DNA of 42,692 nt from Chlorokybus atmophyticus (taxonomy: Eukaryota > Plantae > Mesostigma and Chlorokybus algae). The stretch lies in the NCBI GenBank assembly GCA_009103225.1, contig RHPI01000330.1, positions 81,347-124,038 on the forward strand, written 5' to 3'. Shown piece after piece: positions 23,040-33,352 of the stretch. A model generated the notes under the pieces. The model saw only the letters and a program-made list of their open reading frames with translations. It had not been told where the DNA came from and made no database searches. Each line of letters opens with the position of its first letter. Within the stretch, counting starts at the first letter, position 1. The position numbers and the translations under genes are program-made.

Positions 23040-23920
23040 TTTAGCTTCAACGTCAAGGAATTGGGCAAGTGTTCTGTCTCTCGATATTGACATCGACCTC
23101 GTTAATAAAGAGCTAGTCTTAAGGCGACAGTACAAGCTGTTCAAACTTGAGGAAGACTTGGTCGAACAACGCTGCCAAGCATTGCTTGAGGCAGGCCTCA
23201 TCGAGGAGTCCACACCTGACTTCGCCACTGCCACGGTCATGCCACTCAAAAAAGGTGCTAGCGGCAGCTGGACTGACATGCGTGTGTGTGGAGACTACCG
23301 CCCACTCAACAACAAGATCAACCAGGACCGCTACCCGAATCCCATAGCTGAAGGCATCTTTGACGACGTCGGTTCTTACATCATCTTCAGCATCCTTGAC
23401 ATTCGGCAAGGATACAAGCAGATCGAGATCCAGGTTGAGGTCAAACACAAAAGCTTATTTTGAGGCAATTGTCAACTGTACCAATTGAAGGTCATGCCTT
23501 TTGGACTGAAGCACGCACCCATCAACTTTTAGAAAGTTGTGGACAAGGCACTCAAAGGTTGTGGCTTTGCCCATTGCTGCATTGACGACATTTTTATTCT
23601 TAATCACACACCCGAAAAGCACGTGCTCCACAACAAGCAGGTGTTACGCAAAGTTAAGACAGTCGGCATGACGGTGCACCCCGACAAGTGCACCTTCTTG
23701 ATCAACAAGGTGCCATATCTGAGCCACGTGATCACGCCCAATGGTGTACACGTCCAGCAAGCAAAAGTCGAAGCGCTTGTGGCCATTCTTGCCCCTACCG
23801 ACCTCACACGGATATGCGCCTTCCTCGGGCTAGTTAACCACCACCGGCGGCTCTTATTACTAAAGAAAGAAGCTGAATGGGAGTGGAAGGACACCCGCAG
23901 GCCTTTCAGGAGCTAAAACA
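23040..23920 (+). pseudogene. Ty3/gypsy-type reverse transcriptase
   Basis: MRVCGDYRPLN, YPNP, FSILDIRQGYKQI, MPFGLKHAP, CCIDDIFI, CTFLINKVPYLSHVI, ICAFLGLVNHHRR, with stops. Confidence 0.93.
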
Positions 23921-24121
23921 GAGGCTCACCACGGCCCCCATCTTGCAACGATCCAACCATAACGTGTACAAGTCCTTCAACTTGCACACAGATGCGAGCA
24001 AGCTCGGCATGGGATCTGTGCTTGCGTAGCACGACAACAACAAAAAAGAGAGGATTGTCTGTTGCGCCAGCCGCAGCAACACCGCTGCCGAGATCAACTA
24101 CCGCAGATATGAGGGCGAGTG

Positions 24122-24545
24122 TGTTGAAGGACTAGCATGCACATGTAGTTGAGGCAAGCATAGATGCACAGAGACAGAGCTACCGCCACCAGAGCATACA
24201 CAGGTCACATCACATTCATCTATTACAAGTTGTCCTCTGGTTCTTATACCAGCCAGTTACACACACGTCTGCGTTTGCAAGCACTGCGTAAGCTATACTC
24301 AGCCGTTTGACGCGCTCTAAGCTGTGTTGTCTTCCTTACAACCAGAGCTTTCCAACAAGCTCTTACACGCCTAATATGAGTAAGTATACGCGGAGATACG
24401 AAGCAGTTAGTAAGGCTCCAGTCTGGAGTCCGGAGTCTGGTCCGACGATGCCATCTTGCTAAGTCCGGACCTAGTGCTCGTCCTTACGACCTTCTACTCC
24501 TGTGTGGAGGGTCGATGCTGATCGTATGTAGGAATACTCTCAACA
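24122..24545 (-). repeat. 3' LTR of copia-2
   Basis: TG..CA termini, repeat of 28603-29026. Confidence 0.97.
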
Positions 24546-24587
24546 CTCCCACGCGAGCAGCTTGACCTCCAACGCTTGCTCCTGTAG

Positions 24588-27500
24588 TCAAACACAGATG
24601 CCAAGTCCTGCACAACAAGTCTTGAACTTGAGTGGTGACAATGGCTTTGTCATGAAGTCCGCCAGCATGCCCTCGGTGTTGCAGTACTGGAACTCCACCT
24701 CCTTCCTTGTGACTCTGTCACGCACAAAGTGATGCATGACATCAATGTGCTTCGTCCTTGCCGAGGCGATAGGGTGCTTCAACAACTTGATGGCTCCTTG
24801 GTTGTCACAGTTGATGACGATGCACGCCATGGGGTGCTCCAAGTCTGCCATGAGCTTGCGAAGCCAGAGTGCCTCCTTCACTGCTGCTGCCGCTGCCATG
24901 TACTCAGCCTCTGATGTAGATGCTGCTGTTGTTGGCTGCAGCCTGCTGTTCCAGCTCACCACGCCTCCGTTCAGCTTGAAGACGTAGCCTGTAGTGGACC
25001 TCCTGCTGTTGAGGTCACCAGCAAAGTCCGAGTCGCAGTAGCCCTCCAACTCAGTGCTCCCGCTCCCAAACTTGATGCCAACTGTTGCGCTCCCAGCAAC
25101 ATAGCGTAGTACTCCCTTTGCTGCTCTCCAGTGCTCCATGCTCGGTGCAGACATGTAGCGAGCAAGTACTCCCACAGCATGTGCAACATCGGGACGTGTG
25201 CACACTGCCAGATAGAGCATGCTGCCTACCAGCTCACCATATGGATACTGAGCCTTGTCGAGTACCTCCTCATCCTTTGCCTTGATGAGGGCAGTGCCAA
25301 GTGCCAACGGTGTGGTCTTGGTCTTCGCTTCAGTGAGCCCAAACTTGGTGACGAGTCTTCTCACCATCTGCTCCTGACTGATCTTGATTGTGCGAGCCGC
25401 CCTGTCGCGCTCAATCACCATGCCAAGGAACCACTTGGCCTCTCCAAGATCACGAACTGAGAATGCTTGCTGCAAAGCAAGTTTCGTCTCCTGCAGGTGG
25501 TGCACCTGCCTGGCGGTGATGATGATGTCATCAACATACACGAGCAGCCAGACCTTGTTGTCTGCATGGATGAAGAGCCCAGGGTCTGCAGAGGATGCGG
25601 TGAAGCCAAGTGCCTCCAGCTCCTTGGTGAGCTTGATGTGCCACATACGCGGTGCCTGTCGCAGCCCGTACAGTGCCTTGATCAGCTTGCACGCTGTGCC
25701 TCTCTCCCCTTCTTCATATCCAGGTGGTTGCTCGATGAAGATCTCCTCCTCCAGCTCTCCGTAGAGGAAGGCAGTCTTCACATCCAGGTGATGCAGCTCT
25801 AGGTCTTCAGCAGCAACCATAGCTAGCAGTGCACGGAAGGTGGTATGCTTACTTGCAGGTGCAAACACTTCGTTGAAGTCCACACCTTCCTGCTGCAAAA
25901 AGCCCTTTGCCACCAGTCTTGCCTTGTAGCGCTCAATGTTGCCCTGACCATCACGCTTCACCTTGAAGACCCATTTCACTGGAATGGTCTTCACTCCTTG
26001 CGGTAACTGCTCCAGTGACCAAGTGTTGTTGGCATGGAGTGACGCAATCTCCTCGTCCATAGCACGCTGCCATTGCTCCGCATCTGGTGCTAACAATGCC
26101 TCCTCGTAGGTGCTTGGCTCCTCATTCTGCACACTGGCGACGTGTGCCTTGTGTAGGAAGTCAGGTGCCTTTCTCTCCCTCACTGGGTATCTCCGAGCTG
26201 CGTGCTCCTGCTGCAGGTGCGACTGCTTGTCTGCTACAGTGGAGTCCTGCTCACCCTTATCGTCGATGATGGCCTTGCCTGTAGCCTCCACTGTTTCAGG
26301 ATGCTCCGGCTGTGCTTCATCTTCAGGAAAGAAGCCTGCTTCTGGTTGTGATAATCCCTCGTGGAAAACCACCTCTCTGCTCACAATGATCTTCTGAGTG
26401 TCCTCGAGCAAGATCCTGTAAGCCTTGGAACCCGGTTCATAGCCAACGAAGATGCCCTTCTTGCTGACCGGCTCCAGCTTGTGCCTGAGCTGTTTAGGCA
26501 CTAGTGCATATGCCGTGCATCCAAACACACGCATACCACTCACATCTGGTGTGGCTCCATAGAAGTGCTCCCACGGAGTCTTCTGCTCTGAGCTCACCGG
26601 AGACCTGTTGCGGATGTAGTTGGCAGTGAGTACCGCCTCCTTCCACAGACTGTCTTCCATCTTTGTGTCGTTGAGCATGGCTCGAACACGCTCCAAGAGT
26701 GTCCTGTTGAGGCGTTCAGCTGCTCCATTCTGCTGCGGTGTGTAGGGTGCAGTTGTCTCGTGGCGTATGCCCTTGCTGGCGAAGAACTCCTTCAACTCCT
26801 TGTTGATGTACTCCCCTCCTCGATCACTCCTCATTGCCTTCATCTTGTTGCCAGACTGGGTCTCCAACAAGGCCACGACTGTGCGCACAGCTCCAGCAAC
26901 TTCTGACTTGAGCGTCAATGGAAAGATGATGGACAGCTTGCTGTAGTCGTCGAGGAATGTAGCAAAGTACCTGGCCCCTCCCTTCGCCACAATGCGCATA
27001 GGGCCACAGACATCCATGTGCACAAGCTCGCAAGGATGCTGACTGCTAGAAGAGGATGATGGGAATGGCATAGCATGCTGCTTTGCAACCAGGCATGGTT
27101 CACAAAGTGCACCTGATGCTTTCTTGAGTTCTTCTGTGCTGAGATGGATGCCCTTGACCATCTTCTCAGCGACAAGGCGAGTGAGGTTGACGTAGCTGAG
27201 ATGCCCGAACCTCCGATGCCACAATGTTGGCGACTCCTTGTCCTTCACCACCATGGCTTGAATGTCTCTGTCTTGAGGCTGCTCCACGTGGTAGAGCCCT
27301 CCCGGATCAGCGATTCCAACCATGTGCACGACCCCATCAAGGATGACTGAGCAGCCACCCTTCCGAAATAGGATCTCCGCGCCTAAGCGCTCCGCAACCC
27401 TCACAGAGAATAGACTCGCAATAGCCTTAGGAACATGCAGGACGTTGCGTAACAACACCTCGCGTAGTGTGTTACCAACCTTGCACTGGAGTCGTACGTT

Positions 27501-28475
27501 GCCAACTCCCTCAGCCACCAGTACTTCGCCACCGAAGCCCGCCACCTTGATTGTGGACGTCAGCTTCTTGTAGCCCTCCATCACCTCCTTGTTTGGTGTG
27601 AGATGACGATCGCAGCCAGAGTCCACCACCCAGAAAGCTGTGCCCGCCCTCGAACTGGATGCAGTGAAGGCGACATGTTTCTCCTTGTGTTGGTGCTCGT
27701 TGCCGCTGTTGCTGGTGCTTGCTCTAGGTTGCCCCTGTTGTTTCTTCCTACAGTCCTTCACAATGTGCCCCTTCCAACCACACCAGTGGCATGTGAGGTC
27801 TTTGTGACGAGGATTGCCTGGCTTGTTGCCCTTGTACTTCTCTTCATGGTTGCTCTTCTTTGCGTGCTTGCCGGTGTAGAAGGCGACGGCATCCGCTTGC
27901 TCGTCCTTCTTCACAACCCTCTGCTCCACGGTGAGCAGCTTCGGTAGCACATCGTCCAACGTCAACTCCGATGATGACGTCTCCAGCAGGGTTGCGACGA
28001 CCTCGTACTCTGCTGGTAGCCCTGCAACAATGGCCAGCACTACCTCCGTCTCCCCCATGTTGTGGCCGACGTTGATGAGGTCCGCCCACAGCTCTCTCGC
28101 GCGCGCAACATACTTTGTGATGGGTTCTGCTGCCTCCTTCCTGAGTGCGCTGAGCTGCTTGCGTAGATGCAACTTTCTGGCATTGTTCTTGGCTCTGAAA
28201 ACGGCTGATAGCTTTTCCCAAGCTTGTCTACCATCTTCACATGCAGTGAGCATGGGAAAGTGATGCGGTTTGCTGTTCAACACAAGCAAAGAGTGTGCTT
28301 CTGCTGAATGCTCTGACCACACAGTGTTCGCTCCTGGTGTTGGTGGTGGTGCCTTCGGATCAACGTACTTCCACACCTTCTTGTGGATGAGCAAGGCCTT
28401 CATCTCCACGCACCATGTGTTGTAGTTGTCGGTGTCCAGCTTTGCAATCTGCCCCTTGTCGTAGGTCGCCTCCAT
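24588..28475 (-). CDS. gag-pol: copia-2 Gag-Pol polyprotein, 1295 aa from the ATG at 28475
   Basis: Single ORF with zinc knuckle, DSG protease, GAG-pre-integrase, rve integrase, RT (YVDD) and RNase H (YCDSD..EAEY..CDN..KHID). Confidence 0.96.
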   Translation of the reverse strand: MEATYDKGQIAKLDTDNYNTWCVEMKALLIHKKVWKYVDPKAPPPTPGANTVWSEHSAEAHSLLVLNSKPHHFPMLTACEDGRQAWEKLSAVFRAKNNARKLHLRKQLSALRKEAAEPITKYVARARELWADLINVGHNMGETEVVLAIVAGLPAEYEVVATLLETSSSELTLDDVLPKLLTVEQRVVKKDEQADAVAFYTGKHAKKSNHEEKYKGNKPGNPRHKDLTCHWCGWKGHIVKDCRKKQQGQPRASTSNSGNEHQHKEKHVAFTASSSRAGTAFWVVDSGCDRHLTPNKEVMEGYKKLTSTIKVAGFGGEVLVAEGVGNVRLQCKVGNTLREVLLRNVLHVPKAIASLFSVRVAERLGAEILFRKGGCSVILDGVVHMVGIADPGGLYHVEQPQDRDIQAMVVKDKESPTLWHRRFGHLSYVNLTRLVAEKMVKGIHLSTEELKKASGALCEPCLVAKQHAMPFPSSSSSSQHPCELVHMDVCGPMRIVAKGGARYFATFLDDYSKLSIIFPLTLKSEVAGAVRTVVALLETQSGNKMKAMRSDRGGEYINKELKEFFASKGIRHETTAPYTPQQNGAAERLNRTLLERVRAMLNDTKMEDSLWKEAVLTANYIRNRSPVSSEQKTPWEHFYGATPDVSGMRVFGCTAYALVPKQLRHKLEPVSKKGIFVGYEPGSKAYRILLEDTQKIIVSREVVFHEGLSQPEAGFFPEDEAQPEHPETVEATGKAIIDDKGEQDSTVADKQSHLQQEHAARRYPVRERKAPDFLHKAHVASVQNEEPSTYEEALLAPDAEQWQRAMDEEIASLHANNTWSLEQLPQGVKTIPVKWVFKVKRDGQGNIERYKARLVAKGFLQQEGVDFNEVFAPASKHTTFRALLAMVAAEDLELHHLDVKTAFLYGELEEEIFIEQPPGYEEGERGTACKLIKALYGLRQAPRMWHIKLTKELEALGFTASSADPGLFIHADNKVWLLVYVDDIIITARQVHHLQETKLALQQAFSVRDLGEAKWFLGMVIERDRAARTIKISQEQMVRRLVTKFGLTEAKTKTTPLALGTALIKAKDEEVLDKAQYPYGELVGSMLYLAVCTRPDVAHAVGVLARYMSAPSMEHWRAAKGVLRYVAGSATVGIKFGSGSTELEGYCDSDFAGDLNSRRSTTGYVFKLNGGVVSWNSRLQPTTAASTSEAEYMAAAAAVKEALWLRKLMADLEHPMACIVINCDNQGAIKLLKHPIASARTKHIDVMHHFVRDRVTRKEVEFQYCNTEGMLADFMTKPLSPLKFKTCCAGLGICV

Positions 28476-28602
28476 TTCTGTCGAGCCTGCCTTTCTTGCA
28501 GTTGACACCCAAGGCTCTGCTACCAACAAGCTACCGTAGTGCAGAACTACTATGCACACAAGCTAGTCTCACACTCCTCAAGCGTAGTGTGGGCCCATAA
28601 CC

Positions 28603-29026
28603 TGTTGAAGGACTAGCATGCACATGTAGTTGAGGCAAGCATAGATGCACAGAGACAGAGCTACCGCCACCAGAGCATACACAGGTCACATCACATTCAT
28701 CTATTACAAGTTGTCCGCTGGTTCTTATACCAGCCAGTTACACACACGTCTACGTTTGCAAGCACTGCGTAAGCTATACTCAGCCTTTTGACGCGCTCTA
28801 AGCTGTGTTGTCTTCCTTACAACCAGAGCTTTCCAACAAGCTCTTACACGCCTAATATGAGTAAGTATACGCGGAGATACGAAGCAGTTAGTAAGGCTCC
28901 AGTCTGGAGTCCGGAGTCTGGTCCGACGATGCCATCTTGCTAAGTCCGGACCTAGTGCTCGTCCTTACGACCTTCTACTCCTGTGTGGAGGGTCGATGCT
29001 GATCGTATGTAGGAATACTCTCAACA
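28603..29026 (-). repeat. 5' LTR of copia-2, followed on the minus strand by PBS GGTTATGGGCCCA (28590-28602)
   Basis: TG..CA termini, PBS abuts the LTR. Confidence 0.97.
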
Positions 29027-29347
29027 GAGTGCCTTGCCGCTTTGTGGGCCACTTTTTCTTTAGGCCATTTTTGTTTGGGCGACAGTTCAATTTTATCACC
29101 AACCATCAGCCCCTGCGCTGGCTCATGACCAACCAACGCTTGACCGGCAAGCTGGCTCGCTCGGCACTCCTCCTCAAAGCGACCGACTTCCAGATTGAGC
29201 ATCGGGCAGGCCTCGCCAACAAGGACGCCGACGGCCTTAGCCGCAATCGTCACCTCTCCACCAAGCCACCGGAGCTCGCCACGGGTTGACATCCTCAGCT
29301 TTTCCACCAGGGGTAGGCACCATGTTTGCTATAGCAGCATTGCGTTC

Positions 29348-29460
29348 GGGCCGCACCACAGCCACAAGGGACACAACCTTACCGGATCTGGGCCGCACCA
29401 CAGCCACAACGGACACAGCATCACTGCATCCGGGCCACGCCACGGCCACAACTAATACGT
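29348..29460. repeat. 42-bp degenerate tandem repeat, about 2.7 copies
   Basis: gggccgcaccacagccacaa starts at 29348 and 29390, with a variant at 29432. Confidence 0.8.
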
Positions 29461-29933
29461 CACCGTCGTTGGACAATGAAGACCAAGACATGCCTGCTCT
29501 ATTCGCATCGAAGACAAGGAGGTCCCTGCTCCCCATCTACGAGAGGGCATCATCGCCGCTCCACAGGGCTTTGTGCGCGGACCAGTCTGGTCGCGTGTTC
29601 CGCGGCCTGCGAACCAGAGGAGCACGGGATTGAACCGGTACAGGTTTTTTGAAGCAAGCCCGGTCCGGACATAAGCATCGTAAGAACCAGGCCTAGCACG
29701 TACAGTGACAACCGATCGGGCGCCTCACACGTCAGCAGAGGTAAGTACGACAATGACCCTGTCGCATACTCAAACCCTAGTCGCTATGTGTCGTACTGGG
29801 GCACTGCTTGCGGCGTTGCAACCGGCAAGCTATCGGAGGCGGCGGTGCTAAGGGTAGGCCTTGAACATGTGGTGGTGTTGAAGCTTCAGTGCATGTGGCT
29901 TGCAAGTAGCGGATGCCAACAAAGCTATGATTC

Positions 29934-31240
29934 ATGCACTACTGTACAACGGCTCCTGTGGCCGGTGCTACTGCCAGTGTCTCAGTCGACAATGCGGCAC
30001 TGTTGCGCTGCCATAGAGTTGGCAACATACTGTCTACAATCTGCAGAACAAAATTCAACGGGTCCACCTGGTATGAGGTCGCCACAATCAAGCACGCAGA
30101 GGATATTTGGGCGCTTGTGGAAGCATACCCCACCCTGGCACACTCCAGGCGCATCAAAAAACAAGGCAGTGATTGGGCGAGGCAATACTCATTACGTCAC
30201 GAGCGACGGCTTGTTCGAGAGCATCTGTGCACAAGAGAACATTGCCATTGGCACCCCGACACGGCGGATAGTGCGCGACTACAAAGCCTATATGAGGGAC
30301 GGCCTGGTATACAGGTGTGCTTTATATCTTGATTATGCAGCACAGCTGTCATCGACAGTCCCACCAACGACTGTCACTGGTGCGGCTGTCCGTTAAAGGG
30401 TCTCCATCTCTGATATCTACAGTCCCAGCATTGACAGCCGCGCAGACTGTCAATGCTGAGACTGTCAAACAGCGACTGACAGATATTCTCTCTCTCTCTC
30501 ACACACAGGCGCGACTGCAAGGATGCTGTGATGCTGGATGGAAACAGGCCAGCCATCGTCAATAAAATCTTCATGTTCTTTCACACCGAGTGCCATGTGT
30601 ACATTGCTGTCAACCGCTACAGCCTGCAAACAGATGCTGCTGGAAATCAATGCATGGACGCAGACTCCGATGCCTTGCATGTGGGGCGTTTGGAAAACAC
30701 CAACATTCTTGTCCGAGGCCACCAGCTGCTGCGCAAAGTGTGGATGCTGACGGAGAGACCAAGGCTGCTCCCCTACATGCTGGCTTACGATTTCAGCAAC
30801 CCAAAGCTGCGATTGCGAGCAGCTAATATACCTCTGCCAGTATGGCCTGAAACCGGGGATGTGCTGCTTGTGAGACATGAGGATGAGAAGAAGTCGGTCT
30901 TTGACTTTCGCGTGCCAACTGACCCACCAGCACCTGTATCTGATGATCCTCCGCCATGGATTGTTATTGTTCGATAGCCTCAAGTTGACGATGAAGGCAA
31001 CATGTTGGTTGACTACCTGAAGCCTGCTCCTAGATCAGTGAGTGCTCGCCAAGGCCTACCGCGGTGGGTGGTCAATAAGGACTGTCGCAACCAGAAGGTG
31101 TCACCCATTGCGGTCAAGAGGAAGCTCAACTGGCAGCAAGTTGATCAAGGCAGATGGCAAGAGCAGCCAACAATTGAGGTTGTGCGTATGTTTTACGACA
31201 GGCACATCATGTACTACAAAGCAGGCGAGGCTGAGGCAGG
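29934..31240 (+). pseudogene. Unknown gene P (unit B), probably spliced, disrupted
   Basis: ORFs 29934-30332, 30528-30977 and 31002-31304. The last two are in one frame across a TAG (IVR*PQVDDEGNMLVDYLK). Homologous to 1644-1931. Confidence 0.6.
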
Positions 31241-31517
31241 TACGCATCACTTGTCTCATCAGTGTTGTTCCTTGACAGTCCCATGGACAGTCGGCTGTCC
31301 ATAGGACTGTCGGGTAACAACACTATCAGTGTGTGTTTTTGGCACAAGGCATTACACAAGGCATTACGAAGCACGCATTGGTTACTGTGAGTAACACACT
31401 TGTACATTTCACAGATTATGTACACAAGGAAGGGTCAAGCGTACCAGCAGATCTACTTGCAGCGCGCAAAGGCCAACTGCTAGGCAACTTACACTAAAGC
31501 TATAAACCAGGGAAACA

Positions 31518-33250
31518 TCAACCAGCATCAGGAGGAGGAGGTGGAGGACGAGGAGGACCAGCAGCAGCACCAACAGCAGGAGGAGGAGGAGGAGGAGGAG
31601 GAGGTCTTGGTATGGAGCACTGAGCGCGGTAGCTGCTGAGGGCTGATACACCTGCGGGGGTTTGCAACCACGCCCATGCAGCGGCATAGTCCATTGGACG
31701 CTGTAGCTGATACAATGGCGCTGCCGCTGGTCCTCGAAATGAAGCCATCCCTTCGTCAAGGTCACGGAGGTGGTGCACAAACGTTGATAGCATGACAACC
31801 ATTACGTCAAACATGGAAATTAGGGTAGCGCACCTTGTGATTTCGGGTTCCTGCAAGATGCCAGTGTAGTGCGACTCGGCGTTCCTGTAGAAGTCCCAGA
31901 ACCCACTGGCACCTTGTTGAAAGCCAGTGAATAGAATGGCACTCCGTTGTGATTGCTGCCACGCCTGCCTGATTGCAGCTGCACTCCGTATGAAGATACC
32001 CGGCCGTTCGACTGGGTCCTCCCGAAATCTTTGTGGCCAATCGTCAAAGAGCTGAGTGTTTGGCAAACGGCCCAACACTATTGTACGTTCGTAGTTTCGC
32101 AGTGCAAAAAATTGGTTGGAGACCTCACGCGCCCACTCCCTGTTTTTGCCGATGAGGTACTGCGCACGATCCTGCGCTACCTGCTGGAGCTGTGCTCTGT
32201 GATGAGCCACCTGCCTGTCCAGCTGTTCTTTGAGGTCTCTCACCTGCTTGTCTAAAGCTTCTGCACCTGCTAGCGCTTCATTCAGCTTTTCGTCAACGCA
32301 TGGGTCGACAGCCCCTCCGACAGCCTCTGATGTTGAAGGCACTGCAGCCAGCCTCTGCTCCAACTCTTGATAGCGGGTTTGCGCCTCTGCCAGCTGCCGC
32401 TCTGCTTCATTGGCTCTTCTTGTCGCGGCATCGACAGCCGCTGCATCGACAGCCCCTCCAACGGCCTCTGATGCTGACTGCCTCGCCGCTTGCTGTGCTA
32501 CCTCCTGCTCCAGCTGGCGAATGCGCTGCCGAGAACTCTCCATCTCTTCCCCAATCTTGGCGCCCGCAGAGGAGCTAGAGGCCATTGCCAGCATGCGCGA
32601 TTGCAAATCAAAGTTTCGCAATTCGAGGTAGCGAATCTGGGCGTCAATTGATGCCGCACGCTCCTTGGCGGCTTCGAGTGCTATAGCCAACCATTTGCAG
32701 TTTGGCGACCTCAGCATCGGTGGTTGCAGCCCTCTGCTGCAACTCCTCCCTCTCCTTGCGCAGGGCGTCCACCTGAGAGTTGGAAGCGGCAGCCCTCTGC
32801 TGCAACTCCGCCAATTCTTTTGGTAGCTTGGCGACCTCAGAGTTGGCTGCAGCCCTCTGCTCCGCATGCTCCAAATCCTTGCGCACATTGTTGACCTCAG
32901 CATCGGTTAATGCAGCCCTTTGCTCCGTCTCCTCCAAATCATTGCGCAGCTTGGCAATAACAGCATCTGATGCCCCAGCCCTCTGCTCCGACTCCTGGAA
33001 CCTCTTGCGCAGCTCGGCTAAGAGTAGGTTGAACTCATCGTTTGTTCTTGATGCTGTCTTCATCGTCTCCTCCAACTCCTTGCGCACCCGGGCGACCTCA
33101 GCGTTGGCATCTGCAGCCCTCTATTGCGTCTCCTGTAACTCCTCGTGAAGGATTGCAACCTGTTGCTGCGACTCCGCTACTTTAAGGTCAAGAGTACGCT
33201 GGTAATACTGCTTGCGCGCTTCGTTCTCACACTGACTAGGCTGGTCTGCA
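31518..33250 (-). pseudogene. Long coiled-coil protein gene (unit B) with a stop and a frameshift
   Basis: Repeated EQRAA..xAEV motifs in 32644-33148, continuing in ORF 31518-32903, which ends in a Pro-rich tail. Same position and strand as 2391-4870. Confidence 0.65.
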
Positions 33251-33352
33251 GGTTGTCACGAGTTGCAAGAACGCGCTCTTGTCCTTGCTGTCGCACATAG
33301 ACATCAAGTAAGTACAGAGGCCACAACAANGTACAGAGGCCACAACAGATTA

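Larger units (their letters stand above)
24122..29026 (-). mobile_element. Intact young Ty1/copia LTR retrotransposon copia-2 (4905 bp)
   Basis: 424-bp LTRs at 24122-24545 and 28603-29026 with 3 mismatches by eye. TSD GAGTG (24117-24121 and 29027-29031), PBS at 28590-28602, uninterrupted gag-pol. Confidence 0.98.
23930..29250 (+). pseudogene. Ty3/gypsy RNase H, split by copia-2 (23930-24121 plus 29032-29250)
   Basis: LTTAPIL..FNLHTDASKLGMGSVLA..ASRSNTAAEINY..YEGEC, then LAALWA and FITNHQPLRWL..KLARSALLL..IEHRAGLANKDADGLSR. Confidence 0.92.
19200..29290 (+). mobile_element. Decayed Ty3/gypsy-type retroelement carrying a C5 DNA methyltransferase (PR-DNMT-RT-RH); no LTR or integrase seen; boundaries approximate
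   Basis: All four domains lie on the + strand in pol order, with many stops and frameshifts. Interrupted at 20683-22185 and 24122-29026. Confidence 0.85.

Noticed and set aside
20607-24030. Stops all arising from TGG, CAG or CAA, suggesting RIP-like or methylation-driven hypermutation
   Set aside because: These codons are the commonest one-step routes to stops anyway, and no intact reference is available to measure a bias.
24729-28600. Numerous short ORFs overlapping the copia polyproteins on either strand (also 11145-15192)
   Set aside because: They are alternative-frame shadows of gag-pol, repeated in both copies only because the DNA is repeated.
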